From Clostridia bacterium (lineage in GTDB: Bacteria > Bacillota > Clostridia > TANB77 > CAG-508): a DNA stretch of 64,000 nucleotides. The stretch lies in assembly GCA_017528085.1 (NCBI GenBank), contig JAFXPH010000006.1, forward strand, positions 4,376-68,375. The letters run 5' to 3'. The translations under genes and the position numbers were made by a program. Below, in pieces: positions 18,545 to 28,207 of the stretch. How positions within the stretch are numbered: the stretch's first letter is position 1; the number at the start of each line of letters is the position of its first letter. The notes under the pieces were generated by a model. It did no database searches, was not told the DNA's origin, and was given only the letters and a program-made list of their open reading frames with translations.

Positions 18545-19084
18545 TTACATTGTGCTATTGGCCTCGAAGGTAACGGTATAGGTGGCAAATTTCTCCTTGC
18601 ACCACGTGAAGACCTTGTCCGTGAAAGCATACCCCTCGGGGACGACGGAACGGATTTCCTGAAGTTCATCGTAAGAAAATTCTCGTTTCCCAGCGGGGAA
18701 GACGATCTTAAACTGGATGGAGTCAGGGAAGAAGTGGTCAAGGTACTTGGTACCAAGTTCCACTTCGATGATGTTTACACCATAAGACCTGATTTTGTCG
18801 TACAACTTCACGAAGGAAGTGTAGTGGGGAAAATTCACCCAAATCTTGTCTCTGGTGTAAGAGAACACCTCACCAATGTTCTTGATGTTGCTCTTGTCCG
18901 TCATGAAAAGTTCTTGCGCGATGCTTTTGGCGATTTCATCCGTGAGGTCACTGTGGAAGCAGAAAACCACCTCTCCGTCTGAAGAGTCTTGACGACAATC
19001 AAACTTGAGATGATTTGCTTCGAAGTACCCACATAGCCGCTCTACCATTGACCCAATGTTAGGCTCGAACCGAATGAAGTCCAT
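18545..19084 (-). CDS. hypothetical cytoplasmic protein (179 aa) on a GC-rich island
   Basis: strong AGGAGG RBS 8 nt upstream of minus-strand ATG at 19084; codon usage and GC clearly differ from neighbours; + strand ORF 18485..18982 is its antisense shadow. Confidence 0.6.
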   Translation of the reverse strand: MDFIRFEPNIGSMVERLCGYFEANHLKFDCRQDSSDGEVVFCFHSDLTDEIAKSIAQELFMTDKSNIKNIGEVFSYTRDKIWVNFPHYTSFVKLYDKIRSYGVNIIEVELGTKYLDHFFPDSIQFKIVFPAGKREFSYDELQEIRSVVPEGYAFTDKVFTWCKEKFATYTVTFEANSTM

Positions 19085-19164
19085 AAACGATCCCTCCTTA
19101 AGTACTCATGCAAAAGCATGGACTTTTATTATAGCACAGGAAGTCATAAAAATCAATAAATCAA

Positions 19165-19193
19165 GTGACTTAAAGGTTTTTATATGTTATAAT
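19165..19193 (+). promoter_or_regulatory. sigma-A-type promoter with extended -10 (GTGACT - 17 nt - TGtTATAAT)
   Basis: TATAAT at 19188..19193 preceded by TG at 19185..19186; -35-like GTGACT at 19165..19170. Confidence 0.4.
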
Positions 19194-19224
19194 AAAGAAG
19201 ATAAAAAAGAAAAGGAATAAAAAA

Positions 19225-19992
19225 ATGGTAATTATTTCAAGTAAAGATAATGATATTATCAAACATATCAAAAAACTTAGCGAAAAGAAGTATAGAGAAG
19301 AGTTTGGAGAATATGTAATCGAAGGAAAGAAAATAGTAGAAGAAGCTATAGAAAATGGAGCAGATATAGAAAGAATTGTTGTATCAGAATCATTTATTAG
19401 AGTAAATAATATGAAAGATGTGACAATAGTAACAGATAAAGTATTTGAAAGTATGTCAGGACTTGTAAATTCAGAAGGAGTTTTAGCAGTTATTAGAAAC
19501 AAAAAGCTAGATGAAGAAAATATAGATTTATCTCATGATTTTTATCTAATATTAAATGATATTCAAGATCCAGGAAACCTAGGAACAATAATTAGAACTG
19601 CAGATTCTTTAAATATTAAACAAATATTAGTTACTGATAAAACTGTAGATGCATATAACCCTAAAGTAGTAAGATCTACAATGGGAGCTATCTTTAGAGT
19701 TAAGATAATTACAATTAATGATATAAAAAAGACAATAGAAAAGCTAAAAGAAAATGGTATAAAAGTGTACACTACAGACTTAAATACAGAAAATACTATT
19801 TATAGTATTTCATTTGATAAAGCAGCTGTTGTAATAGGAAATGAAGCAAATGGAGTTTCAGAAGAAGTAAAGAATATGTGCGATTCAAGATTTATAATTC
19901 CAATGCTAGGAAAAACAGAAAGTTTAAATGCAGCTGTAGCTACAGGTGTAGTATTGTATGAAGCATTTAGAAATAAATTAATGAATAAATAA
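19225..19992 (+). CDS. TrmH/SpoU-family RNA 2'-O-methyltransferase (RlmB-like)
   Basis: SPOUT C-terminal motifs (VIGNEANGVS, ESLNAAVATGVVLYE), 255 aa. Confidence 0.8.
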   Translation: MVIISSKDNDIIKHIKKLSEKKYREEFGEYVIEGKKIVEEAIENGADIERIVVSESFIRVNNMKDVTIVTDKVFESMSGLVNSEGVLAVIRNKKLDEENIDLSHDFYLILNDIQDPGNLGTIIRTADSLNIKQILVTDKTVDAYNPKVVRSTMGAIFRVKIITINDIKKTIEKLKENGIKVYTTDLNTENTIYSISFDKAAVVIGNEANGVSEEVKNMCDSRFIIPMLGKTESLNAAVATGVVLYEAFRNKLMNK

Positions 19993-20024
19993 AAAAATCC
20001 AAGTATAAACTTGGATTTTTTTAT
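19990..20024. terminator. bidirectional rho-independent terminator
   Basis: ATCCAAGT-ATAAA-CTTGGAT hairpin between A-run and T-run. Confidence 0.7.
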
Positions 20025-20614
20025 TCATCTAAATGATTTGATTTATCAATAAGTTCATCACGCTTTTCAGTTTCAATTAATAAATTTAGTAGTTTTGGAT
20101 ATATTTCAGTTGCATTGTTATTCCAATTGTCAACTATTTTTTTGGCTTGTTCTTTTGATCCTGCATAAGCATTTAGATCAAAAATAACATCTGTATTATC
20201 TATGATTTTACATCTAATTTTGTATTCTTTTTCATTAATAGGAGTAGATTCTGCTGAAATTGAGAATTTGTTTTTAATATCTCCTAAGTTTTTCTTAAAC
20301 TTACTATCAATATCTAATTTTAATATTCCAGGCACCATGTCGATTGTAAGATCAAGTGCTGATTTACCTTCTTTAGTAATTTCATATATTTCAGTTTCAT
20401 CTTCTTCATACTTGACGATATAGTTATCTTCAAATAAGTCAAGTAAGAATTGTTGAAAATAGAAGTAATTCATATCTGAAATAGATACTACTAAATCCAA
20501 GAGTTCATTATGTGAAATTGGTTTTCCAACTTTGCTAATTATGTATAAAAGTAATACTTTATTTTCAGCTAAAGTTTGGTCATCTGAATTTAATTTCAAG
20601 CTTGTTTCCTCCAA
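20021..20614 (-). CDS. hypothetical protein (197 aa), possible wHTH N-terminus
   Basis: ORF with plausible coding composition between two terminators/promoter region; no recognisable catalytic motif. Confidence 0.45.
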   Translation of the reverse strand: MEETSLKLNSDDQTLAENKVLLLYIISKVGKPISHNELLDLVVSISDMNYFYFQQFLLDLFEDNYIVKYEEDETEIYEITKEGKSALDLTIDMVPGILKLDIDSKFKKNLGDIKNKFSISAESTPINEKEYKIRCKIIDNTDVIFDLNAYAGSKEQAKKIVDNWNNNATEIYPKLLNLLIETEKRDELIDKSNHLDE

Positions 20615-20738
20615 ATTTTTTCTAGGCTTATTATATCACAGAATTTATATAAGTAAATATTTAAATTGTATTAAAGCCTTACTTGTGATAGAATGTGAGA
20701 AGAATATGATAATTTTTAAACAAAAGAAAGGAAGAACA

Positions 20739-22508
20739 ATGGACGAAAAATACACATGGGATTTAACAGAGTTTTATAAAACAGATGAAGAGTTTTACTC
20801 TGATATTGACAAAATAAAAGAACTAGTAGAAAAAGTAAAAAGATTTAGGGGTACATTTAAAGATGATTTATCAAATGTCGCTGCATGCTTTAGAGAGTTA
20901 GAGGAGCTAGATAGAATTTTTGAAATTGTAAGCTCATATGCAACATTTGCATATCATCAAGATATGTCAGATACATCAAGACTAAAAAAATATAAAATGG
21001 TAGAATCTTTAGCTACAACTTTTTCAGAAGCTACAAGTTATATCTCTCCAGAGCTAAGTAAATTAGATGATAGTGTCTTAGAAGAACTAGCAAATAGAGA
21101 AGATATGACAGAATACAAGCTAGAAATTAAGGATATTATCAAATTTAAAAAACATATTTTAACGGAAGAAGTAGAAGAAGTAATAGCAAAATTTTCAGAA
21201 GTATTTGGTACTCCTGAAAATGTATTTGATCTACTTACAAACACAGAATTTAAATATGAAAATGTTAAAGATTCTTCAGGTAAAGAATATGAAATGAATG
21301 AAGCTTTATATTCTATATACATTAAGAGTAATGATGAAGAGTTAAGAAGAAATGCTTTCCAAGTATTATTTAATAAATATAAATCACACATTAATTCAAT
21401 TACTGAATTATACTTAAGTATAGTAAAAGAAAGCTCAATTTCTTGTAAGTTAAGACATTATGAATCTTCTCTAGATGCTGCAACTCAAGGCGATGACTCA
21501 AATATAAATGTTTATAATACTCTAGTTAGAGAAGTAAATAAAAACTTAAGCCTTAACCATGAATACTTAGCACTAAAGGCTAAGATGCTTGGAAAAGATA
21601 AAGTACATATGTATGATGTATATACAAATACATTGGTACCAGAAGATGATAAAGTTGAATACGAGGATGCAAAAGAGATTGTTAAAAAAGCTCTTAGTGT
21701 ACTTGGAGATGATTATGTGGAACAACTTCAATATGCATTTGATCATAGATGGATTGATGTATATAAGACAGAGAATAAGATGAGTGGAGGATATAGCGCA
21801 GGAGTTCATCCAATGCATCCATTTATTCTTTTAAACTATGTAAATTCATCAAGAGATGTGTCTACTTTAGCTCACGAACTTGGTCATACAATGCATAGCT
21901 TTTATTCAAATAATGCTCAAAATATATTTAATGCAAACTACACTATCATGGTTGCAGAAGTAGCATCTACAGTAAATGAGATTTTACTTGCAAATTATCA
22001 AATTGAGCATGAAGAGGATAAGATGAAAAAAGCAGCTCTTATAAATGAACAACTTGATATGATAAGAGCAACTTTAATTCGTCAAACAATGTTTGCAGAA
22101 TTCGAAGAAATCATTCATGATAAAGTATCAAAAGGTGAAAGCTTAACATCAGATAACTTATGTGATGAATACTACGAATTAGTTAAAAAATACTTCGGAG
22201 ATCCTACAATTTGTGATGAAGAAATCAAATATGAATGGGCAAGAATACCACATTTTTATAGATGTTTCTACGTTTATAAATATGCAACTGGTATTACTTC
22301 TGCAATAGTAATTGCAAGCAACATATTAGCTCACAAAGAAGGATATGTAGAGAAGTATAAACACATGCTATCACTTGGTAGAACTTTAGAATCATTAGAT
22401 TTATTAAGACTTGTTGACGTTGATCTTGAAAAAGAAGAAACATATGAAAAAGCATTTGATTATTATAGAGACAACTTAAGAAAATTAGAAGAATTACTAA
22501 ATAGTTAA
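20739..22508 (+). CDS. pepF: oligoendopeptidase F (M3B family)
   Basis: HELGH zinc-binding motif, ~590 aa from ATG 20739 (MDEKYTWDL...); ORF track start 20532 overlaps upstream minus gene and is unlikely. Confidence 0.85.
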   Translation: MDEKYTWDLTEFYKTDEEFYSDIDKIKELVEKVKRFRGTFKDDLSNVAACFRELEELDRIFEIVSSYATFAYHQDMSDTSRLKKYKMVESLATTFSEATSYISPELSKLDDSVLEELANREDMTEYKLEIKDIIKFKKHILTEEVEEVIAKFSEVFGTPENVFDLLTNTEFKYENVKDSSGKEYEMNEALYSIYIKSNDEELRRNAFQVLFNKYKSHINSITELYLSIVKESSISCKLRHYESSLDAATQGDDSNINVYNTLVREVNKNLSLNHEYLALKAKMLGKDKVHMYDVYTNTLVPEDDKVEYEDAKEIVKKALSVLGDDYVEQLQYAFDHRWIDVYKTENKMSGGYSAGVHPMHPFILLNYVNSSRDVSTLAHELGHTMHSFYSNNAQNIFNANYTIMVAEVASTVNEILLANYQIEHEEDKMKKAALINEQLDMIRATLIRQTMFAEFEEIIHDKVSKGESLTSDNLCDEYYELVKKYFGDPTICDEEIKYEWARIPHFYRCFYVYKYATGITSAIVIASNILAHKEGYVEKYKHMLSLGRTLESLDLLRLVDVDLEKEETYEKAFDYYRDNLRKLEELLNS

Positions 22509-22584
22509 TAATTTCACACAAAATTCATAAAAGTAGTATAATATAAAGCTGAAATTGATAGGTTTTATTTTAAGGAGGACTGTT

Positions 22585-23265
22585 ATGTCAGATGTAACTA
22601 TACTTGTAGTTGATGATGAATCAAGAATGAGAAAACTAATTAGAGACTTCTTGGTTCAAAAGAATTACAACATAATTGAAGCTCAAGATGGAGAAGAAGC
22701 TTTAAAAATCTATAATGAGAACAAGAACAAAATAAAACTAATATTATTAGATGTTATGATGCCAAAACTAGATGGATGGAGTGTACTTCGTCAAATTCGT
22801 CAAGAGAATAAAACAATTCCAATAATCATGCTTACAGCAAGAAGTGAAGAACAAGATGAATTATTTGGATTTGAACTTGGTGTTGATGAATATATAACAA
22901 AGCCATTTAGTCCAAAAATCTTAGTTGCTAGAGTCGAAGCAATACTAAAAAGAAGCATTAAAGAAACTAAAGAACTTAAAGATTATGATGGTATCGTAAT
23001 TGACAATGAAGGTAGAACAGTAACTGTTGACGGAAAAATTGTTGAATTAAGCTTTAGAGAATATGAACTTTTAAAATACTTATTAGATAATGAAAACATT
23101 GCGTTATCTAGAGATAAGATATTAAATACTGTATGGAATTATGACTATTATGGTGATTCAAGAACAATAGATAGTCACATTAAAAAGATTAGACATAAAT
23201 TAGGTAAAAAAGGTAAACATATCCAAACTATTAGAGGAATTGGATATAAATTTGAAATTAAATAA
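22585..23265 (+). CDS. OmpR-family two-component response regulator
   Basis: receiver domain (ILVVDDE...LLDVMMPKLDG) + winged-helix output; RBS AAGGAGG before ATG 22585. Confidence 0.85.
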   Translation: MSDVTILVVDDESRMRKLIRDFLVQKNYNIIEAQDGEEALKIYNENKNKIKLILLDVMMPKLDGWSVLRQIRQENKTIPIIMLTARSEEQDELFGFELGVDEYITKPFSPKILVARVEAILKRSIKETKELKDYDGIVIDNEGRTVTVDGKIVELSFREYELLKYLLDNENIALSRDKILNTVWNYDYYGDSRTIDSHIKKIRHKLGKKGKHIQTIRGIGYKFEIK

Positions 23266-23281
23266 GTTTTAGGAGAATTAA

Positions 23282-24805
23282 ATGGGAAAGAAGATGGCAT
23301 CTTCTGTTCGTGTTAAATTATTTGCAACTTTGGCAATTGTTATTATCATAATAATTGCCTTTTTAATTATTGTAAGTAATACAATTCTAGAAACTATTTA
23401 CCTATACACAAAGAAGAATACTGCTTTGGATGTGCTTGGGCATATAGATTCTATCATGGAACAGAGTTTAAAAGATAATAGAGATGATAGTATTATATTT
23501 GATATTGAAAAAACTTCTATTAAGAATAACTTTGAAATACTAATAATGAGTAAAGATAAAGAAGTTCTTTATGATACAGATGGAAACTTTACAAAAGACT
23601 TTACTGAAAAGGAAATAGCAGATATTGGATACAATATAAGCTACAGCATTTTAAATAGATCAGATGTAATATTCTCTGAAGGAACTACATATATTAAAAG
23701 GTTACAGGACAGGAAATATGATTTAAACTTCCTTTTAATAAAAGGAGAACTTAAATGTGGCGATATAGCTTATATCAGAATACCTATCCTTCCAATACAA
23801 GAAAGTGTTAATATTTCAAATCAATTCTTAACTATTATTGGAGTTGTAACTATAGTTTTAGGTGGTATAGCAATTGTTGTAATTACTGATAGATTTACAA
23901 AACCAATTGAGAAATTAAATGAGATTGCTAACTCAATGGCAAATTTAGATTTTTCTAAAAAGTACAGAATATCTGATAATGAAGATGAAATAAATGAACT
24001 TGGAAGAAGCATTAACACACTTTCAGATAAACTAGAAAGTACTATTGATAAGTTAAAAAAGAATAATCTAGAACTTGAAAAGAACATTGAAAACAAATCT
24101 AAAATAGATGAAATGAGAAAACAATTTATCTCTGATGTATCACATGAACTTAAAACTCCTATAGCATTGATTCAAGGATATGCAGAAGGATTAGTTGAAA
24201 ATGTAGTAACTGAAGAAGAGGATAAAAAGCAATACTTATCAGTAATTTTAGATGAAGCAAATAAAATGGATTCTTTAGTAAAAAGATTACTAGAATTAAT
24301 GAAATTAGAGTATGACGAAAGAAAATTCTCAGATAATAAATTTGATTTAGTAGATTTAATTAATGGTGTTATAAAGAATTCTAAAGTAATGCTTGAGGAT
24401 GAAAAAATAACAGTAGAATTTGCTGAAAAAGATCCAATGTGGGTATATGCAGATGACTTCTATATTGAGCAAGTAGTAACTAACTATTTTACTAATGCAA
24501 TTAAGAACAATGTAGAGAAAAATGGTGTAAAGAAGATTAAGATATCAATTAAAAATGCAAAAGATCCAGCAAAATATAGAGTAACTGTTTTCAACACTGG
24601 AAATAATATTTCTGATGAGAACTTAGAAAGAATCTGGACAAGATTTTATAAAGTTGATTCATCAAGAGATAGATCTAAAGGTGGAACAGGTATAGGTTTA
24701 GCCCTAGTAAGAGCAATTATGAATAAATATAATAATGCTTATGGTGTAGTAAACAAAAAAGATGGAGTAGAGTTCTACTTTGAAATTCATAAAGATACAA
24801 AATAA
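23282..24805 (+). CDS. sensor histidine kinase (membrane, HAMP + HisKA + HATPase)
   Basis: H-box SHELKTPI, G-box GGTGIGLALV, two TM segments. Confidence 0.85.
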   Translation: MGKKMASSVRVKLFATLAIVIIIIIAFLIIVSNTILETIYLYTKKNTALDVLGHIDSIMEQSLKDNRDDSIIFDIEKTSIKNNFEILIMSKDKEVLYDTDGNFTKDFTEKEIADIGYNISYSILNRSDVIFSEGTTYIKRLQDRKYDLNFLLIKGELKCGDIAYIRIPILPIQESVNISNQFLTIIGVVTIVLGGIAIVVITDRFTKPIEKLNEIANSMANLDFSKKYRISDNEDEINELGRSINTLSDKLESTIDKLKKNNLELEKNIENKSKIDEMRKQFISDVSHELKTPIALIQGYAEGLVENVVTEEEDKKQYLSVILDEANKMDSLVKRLLELMKLEYDERKFSDNKFDLVDLINGVIKNSKVMLEDEKITVEFAEKDPMWVYADDFYIEQVVTNYFTNAIKNNVEKNGVKKIKISIKNAKDPAKYRVTVFNTGNNISDENLERIWTRFYKVDSSRDRSKGGTGIGLALVRAIMNKYNNAYGVVNKKDGVEFYFEIHKDTK

Positions 24806-24840
24806 AAAAGAGGAAGTAAAATTCCTCTTTTATTTTTACT
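24806..24840 (+). terminator. rho-independent terminator
   Basis: AAGAGGAA-GTAAAA-TTCCTCTT hairpin + T-run. Confidence 0.7.
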
Positions 24841-24934
24841 TTTAAAAAAGGTTACATAAAATTTGATATTTAAAAGTAAAAGTGCTATAATTAAGGAGGT
24901 TACCGTTTTATTAATTTATAAGGAGGATGACACT

Positions 24935-25765
24935 ATGTCAAAGACGGAACGGTACACTATTACTCGGGGATTGATTCTGATTATCATCATGATGATTGTT
25001 TCAATCTCTATGCCTATCACTGCGATGGCATTCGAGAGCTTCTCTGTTGGCTCGGTTGTCTACGTGAATGTCGAAGACTTCCTTCGCATAAGAGAAGAAC
25101 CACAAGGTGAAATCATTGGTCAAATTCCAAGAGGTGGAACTGTTACTATTCTCTCTCAAAGAGACAGGAACGGATACTATAAAGTCAAAGTAAATAGCAC
25201 AGGTGAAACTGGCTATTGCTATGGCGAGTATCTGACTTCTGAAAAAGTCGAAAGGAGAGGAAAAGCACAGACTACCCAAGAAGAAACCCATGAGAGTACT
25301 ACCGAGTGGTACATTGGAGACCTTGCGTATGCAAATGTTTCTCAACGACTAATCCTAAGAAAAGGACCGTCAAAAAAGACCAAGTCCATTGGGTACATTG
25401 AGAAGGATACAGAAGTAGAAATCATGTCTGAAATGGCAGAAAATGGATATATCGAAGTTAAGGTTCTAAAGACCGGAACTATCGCATATGTCGACTCGTA
25501 CTATCTTAAGAAAATTGAGGTAGAGGAGTTTGAATGCCAAGACTATGATGTGTGTCCTGGAATGGTAATGTACGTGGATAATAGAGGGAGACTGAATTTC
25601 AGAAAGAATCCGACTATGTCCAATAATGTACGATTCCAACTCCATCCGGGTGACGAAGTCACAATACTCTCCTTGGAGATTATTGATGGATTCGTAAATG
25701 TCTGTACCTCAAATGGAACCGAAGGATATGTCAAACTCGAATTCCTGACATTTGATAAGCATTGA
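24935..25765 (+). CDS. secreted/membrane-anchored protein with three bacterial SH3 (SH3b) repeats, on GC-rich island
   Basis: AAGGAGGA RBS before ATG 24935; signal/anchor ILIIIMMIVSISMPITAMA; three ~65-aa repeats each with ...GYVKxxYL-type SH3b signature; GC markedly above neighbours. Confidence 0.65.
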   Translation: MSKTERYTITRGLILIIIMMIVSISMPITAMAFESFSVGSVVYVNVEDFLRIREEPQGEIIGQIPRGGTVTILSQRDRNGYYKVKVNSTGETGYCYGEYLTSEKVERRGKAQTTQEETHESTTEWYIGDLAYANVSQRLILRKGPSKKTKSIGYIEKDTEVEIMSEMAENGYIEVKVLKTGTIAYVDSYYLKKIEVEEFECQDYDVCPGMVMYVDNRGRLNFRKNPTMSNNVRFQLHPGDEVTILSLEIIDGFVNVCTSNGTEGYVKLEFLTFDKH

Positions 25766-25817
25766 TGACGTTTCGTATCTCCTGTTGTAACCGACTTAAA
25801 AGAGTCAGTAGGAACTA

Positions 25818-25840
25818 TTGAGCCTACGGGCTCTTTTTGC
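25818..25840 (+). terminator. short GC-rich rho-independent terminator
   Basis: GAGCC-TACG-GGCTC + TTTTT. Confidence 0.4.
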
Positions 25841-25905
25841 ATATTATTGACAGTAATTTTTTAAATATATATAATATTTTTAGAATATGTAAGGAGGGGG
25901 TTAAT

Positions 25906-26490
25906 ATGAAAATAATTTTAGCATCACAATCTCCAAGAAGGGCTTCACTACTAAAACTTGTTAATATAGATTGTGAAATTTTTCCAAGCAATTATGACGA
26001 GGCAAAAACACCAGGTCTTACAGTAGAAGAACAATCTAAAGAGTGGGCTTATCAAAAAGCAAAGAGTGTATTTGAAAGCATGCAAGGAGATAGAGCAGTA
26101 ATTGGAGCAGATACTATAGTAGTAAAAGATGGAGTTATATATGGAAAACCAAAAGATAGAGATGAAGCTATTAGTATGATAGAAAATATTCAAAATGATG
26201 TTCATCAAGTATATACAAGTATTGCTGTATTAATTGAAGATAGAGGTAAAGTTAAAGAGTTTAAAGATATAGTTAGAACAGATATCTATGTAAATAAAAT
26301 GACTAAAAAAGAAATTGAAGAATACATAGATTATGATTTACCTTTTGATAAAGCAGGAGCATATGCTATTCAAGGATTCTTCTCAAAATATATTAGTAGA
26401 ATAGATGGTAACTACTCTAGTGTAGTAGGACTTCCGGTAGACAGGATCTATACTATTTTAAAAGAAAATGATGTATTTGATGAGATATAA
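25906..26490 (+). CDS. maf: Maf-like nucleotide pyrophosphatase (septum formation protein Maf)
   Basis: MKIILASQSPRR N-terminus, RBS AAGGAGGGGG; ~195 aa. Confidence 0.85.
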   Translation: MKIILASQSPRRASLLKLVNIDCEIFPSNYDEAKTPGLTVEEQSKEWAYQKAKSVFESMQGDRAVIGADTIVVKDGVIYGKPKDRDEAISMIENIQNDVHQVYTSIAVLIEDRGKVKEFKDIVRTDIYVNKMTKKEIEEYIDYDLPFDKAGAYAIQGFFSKYISRIDGNYSSVVGLPVDRIYTILKENDVFDEI

Positions 26491-26530
26491 AAATAAGCAC
26501 TTCAACATAAGTTGAAGTGCTTTTGTTTTA
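26491..26530. terminator. bidirectional rho-independent terminator
   Basis: AGCACTTCAAC-ATAA-GTTGAAGTGCT hairpin. Confidence 0.75.
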
Positions 26531-26536
26531 TCTTAT

Positions 26537-26803
26537 TTAAAATTTTTCAAATACTTGGAACTGAAGTGCCTTTTTAACTTCTGGCCATTCTTCATCAGTT
26601 AAATCAGTAAGCGTTATAGTATTATTTTCAGTACTTACGATTCTTAATATATCTAAATTATTATACATACTATTTTTTTCAAATATAGGTGCTTGGTTAT
26701 CTACAACTGCAAAACCAGACTTTAGTTCTGGTATATTGAATGAAAATACCAAGTCTACATTTAATTCATTTAATTTATCATCTACACATTTCATCTTTGG
26801 CAT
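26537..26803 (-). CDS. hypothetical small protein (88 aa)
   Basis: ORF only. Confidence 0.35.
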   Translation of the reverse strand: MPKMKCVDDKLNELNVDLVFSFNIPELKSGFAVVDNQAPIFEKNSMYNNLDILRIVSTENNTITLTDLTDEEWPEVKKALQFQVFEKF

Positions 26804-26817
26804 AATAAAATCCTTTT

Positions 26818-27210
26818 TTATAATGGTTTTAATGTTTTAAAGAATGGGTGAGAAAGAAGAGTCTTATCTGAAATTGCTTCGCTATCATCACTTACTTGAG
26901 GAGCTGCACTAGCAGCTGGTTGAGGATTTGATTGTTCCTCTAGCTCTTTTGGTATTGGTTTTGTAAGTCCAAGTATTTCTCTCATTCTTCTAATAGTCAT
27001 AAAGTTAACTTGTTTTGCAAATAAAGTATAAGTCTTAGGAATGTAATTGAAGTTATCAACTTGTACGACAAATTCTGAATTTTTTGAATATTCATATAAT
27101 TTTGATGTCATTAATTTTGTGTTATAAAAAGACCTTAAAGTCTCTATATCTGATTTAGTTAACACCATTGACCCTTTGCAAGGGAATACTACTTTCAAAA
27201 AATTCACCAC
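26818..27210 (-). CDS. hypothetical protein (up to 130 aa; start may be the internal Met giving MVLTKSD...)
   Basis: ORF only; C-terminal Pro/Ala/Ser-rich tail. Confidence 0.35.
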   Translation of the reverse strand: MVNFLKVVFPCKGSMVLTKSDIETLRSFYNTKLMTSKLYEYSKNSEFVVQVDNFNYIPKTYTLFAKQVNFMTIRRMREILGLTKPIPKELEEQSNPQPAASAAPQVSDDSEAISDKTLLSHPFFKTLKPL

Positions 27211-27345
27211 CTTATCCTATGTACTCACAAATACTATATCAATATTAGTATGCATTTTCAAGAATTTTGAAAAAAAGAAATAATAATGTAATATTTATAT
27301 ATTGCAAGCTTTGTGTTATAATAAAAAACGATTTTAGGAGGGAAA

Positions 27346-27849
27346 ATGAAACTTAATATTGTAATGGTAGAACCAGAAATACCACAAAACACTGGAAACA
27401 TAGCAAGAACATGTGCGGCTTTAGGTGCAAAACTTCATTTAGTATATCCACTAGGATTTTCTATAGATGAAAAACAAGTAAAAAGAGCTGGACTTGATTA
27501 TTGGGATAAATTAGAAATAGAAGAATATATGGATTTAGATGAATTTTTAGAAAAACACAAACCTGAAGAAACTAATATGTATTTCTCAACAACAAAGGGA
27601 AAACATGTTTATTCAGATGTAGACTATAGTAAATTTGATGAAGTATACTTACTTTTTGGAAAAGAGACTAAAGGACTTCCAGAACCACTACTTATGAAGT
27701 ATATTTCAAATACTATTAGAATACCTATGAGAGATGGACTAAGATCACTTAATTTATCTAATTCTGTAGCTATTGTAGCATATGATGTTGCAAGGCAAGC
27801 AGGGTTTGACAATTTGCTTCAAATTAGCCCATATTTTGATGATAAATAG
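27346..27849 (+). CDS. trmL: tRNA (cytidine/uridine-2'-O)-methyltransferase TrmL (SPOUT)
   Basis: MKLNIVMVEPEIPQNTGNIARTCAALG N-terminus typical of TrmL/YibK; 167 aa. Confidence 0.8.
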   Translation: MKLNIVMVEPEIPQNTGNIARTCAALGAKLHLVYPLGFSIDEKQVKRAGLDYWDKLEIEEYMDLDEFLEKHKPEETNMYFSTTKGKHVYSDVDYSKFDEVYLLFGKETKGLPEPLLMKYISNTIRIPMRDGLRSLNLSNSVAIVAYDVARQAGFDNLLQISPYFDDK

Positions 27850-27929
27850 GGCTTTTAAAAGTTGATAAAAGTGCAAAAATATAGTATAATTAATATATAT
27901 GGGATAATTTATACATAGGAGGAAAGAAT

Positions 27930-28187
27930 ATGAAAAAAGTTGTAAGTATAGTAGTATTCATTGTTATGATGACTTGCATTTTATTTGCTCTTACAGGATG
28001 TACTTTAAAGATAGAAACAACAGACAATTCTGTTTCTGCATCAGTTGATGGAGATACAACAGAAAAAGTTGATAATATATTAGAATGGACAAAAGAAAGA
28101 TTAAGAAGAATTTTTACTTCTACAGCAGAAGAAAATAATTCTAGTACAAATACAAACACAAGTACAAGTACTAACACAAATGCATAA
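27930..28187 (+). CDS. small lipoprotein, Asn/Thr/Ser-rich tail
   Basis: lipobox LTGC after hydrophobic signal. Confidence 0.5.
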   Translation: MKKVVSIVVFIVMMTCILFALTGCTLKIETTDNSVSASVDGDTTEKVDNILEWTKERLRRIFTSTAEENNSSTNTNTSTSTNTNA

Positions 28188-28207
28188 ACATAACATTGGA
28201 GGATAAG

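Noticed and set aside
18485-18982. + strand 165-aa ORF starting inside the mfd terminator
   Set aside because: It starts within the terminator hairpin and gives a Gly/Val/Arg-rich unstructured translation. The minus-strand ORF has a strong AGGAGG RBS and better coding character.
20532-20738. Extended N-terminus of pepF from the ORF-track start at 20532
   Set aside because: The extension overlaps the convergent upstream gene and promoter region, and its translation is Leu/Phe/Lys-rich junk. The conserved M3 N-terminus begins at MDEKYTWDL (20739).
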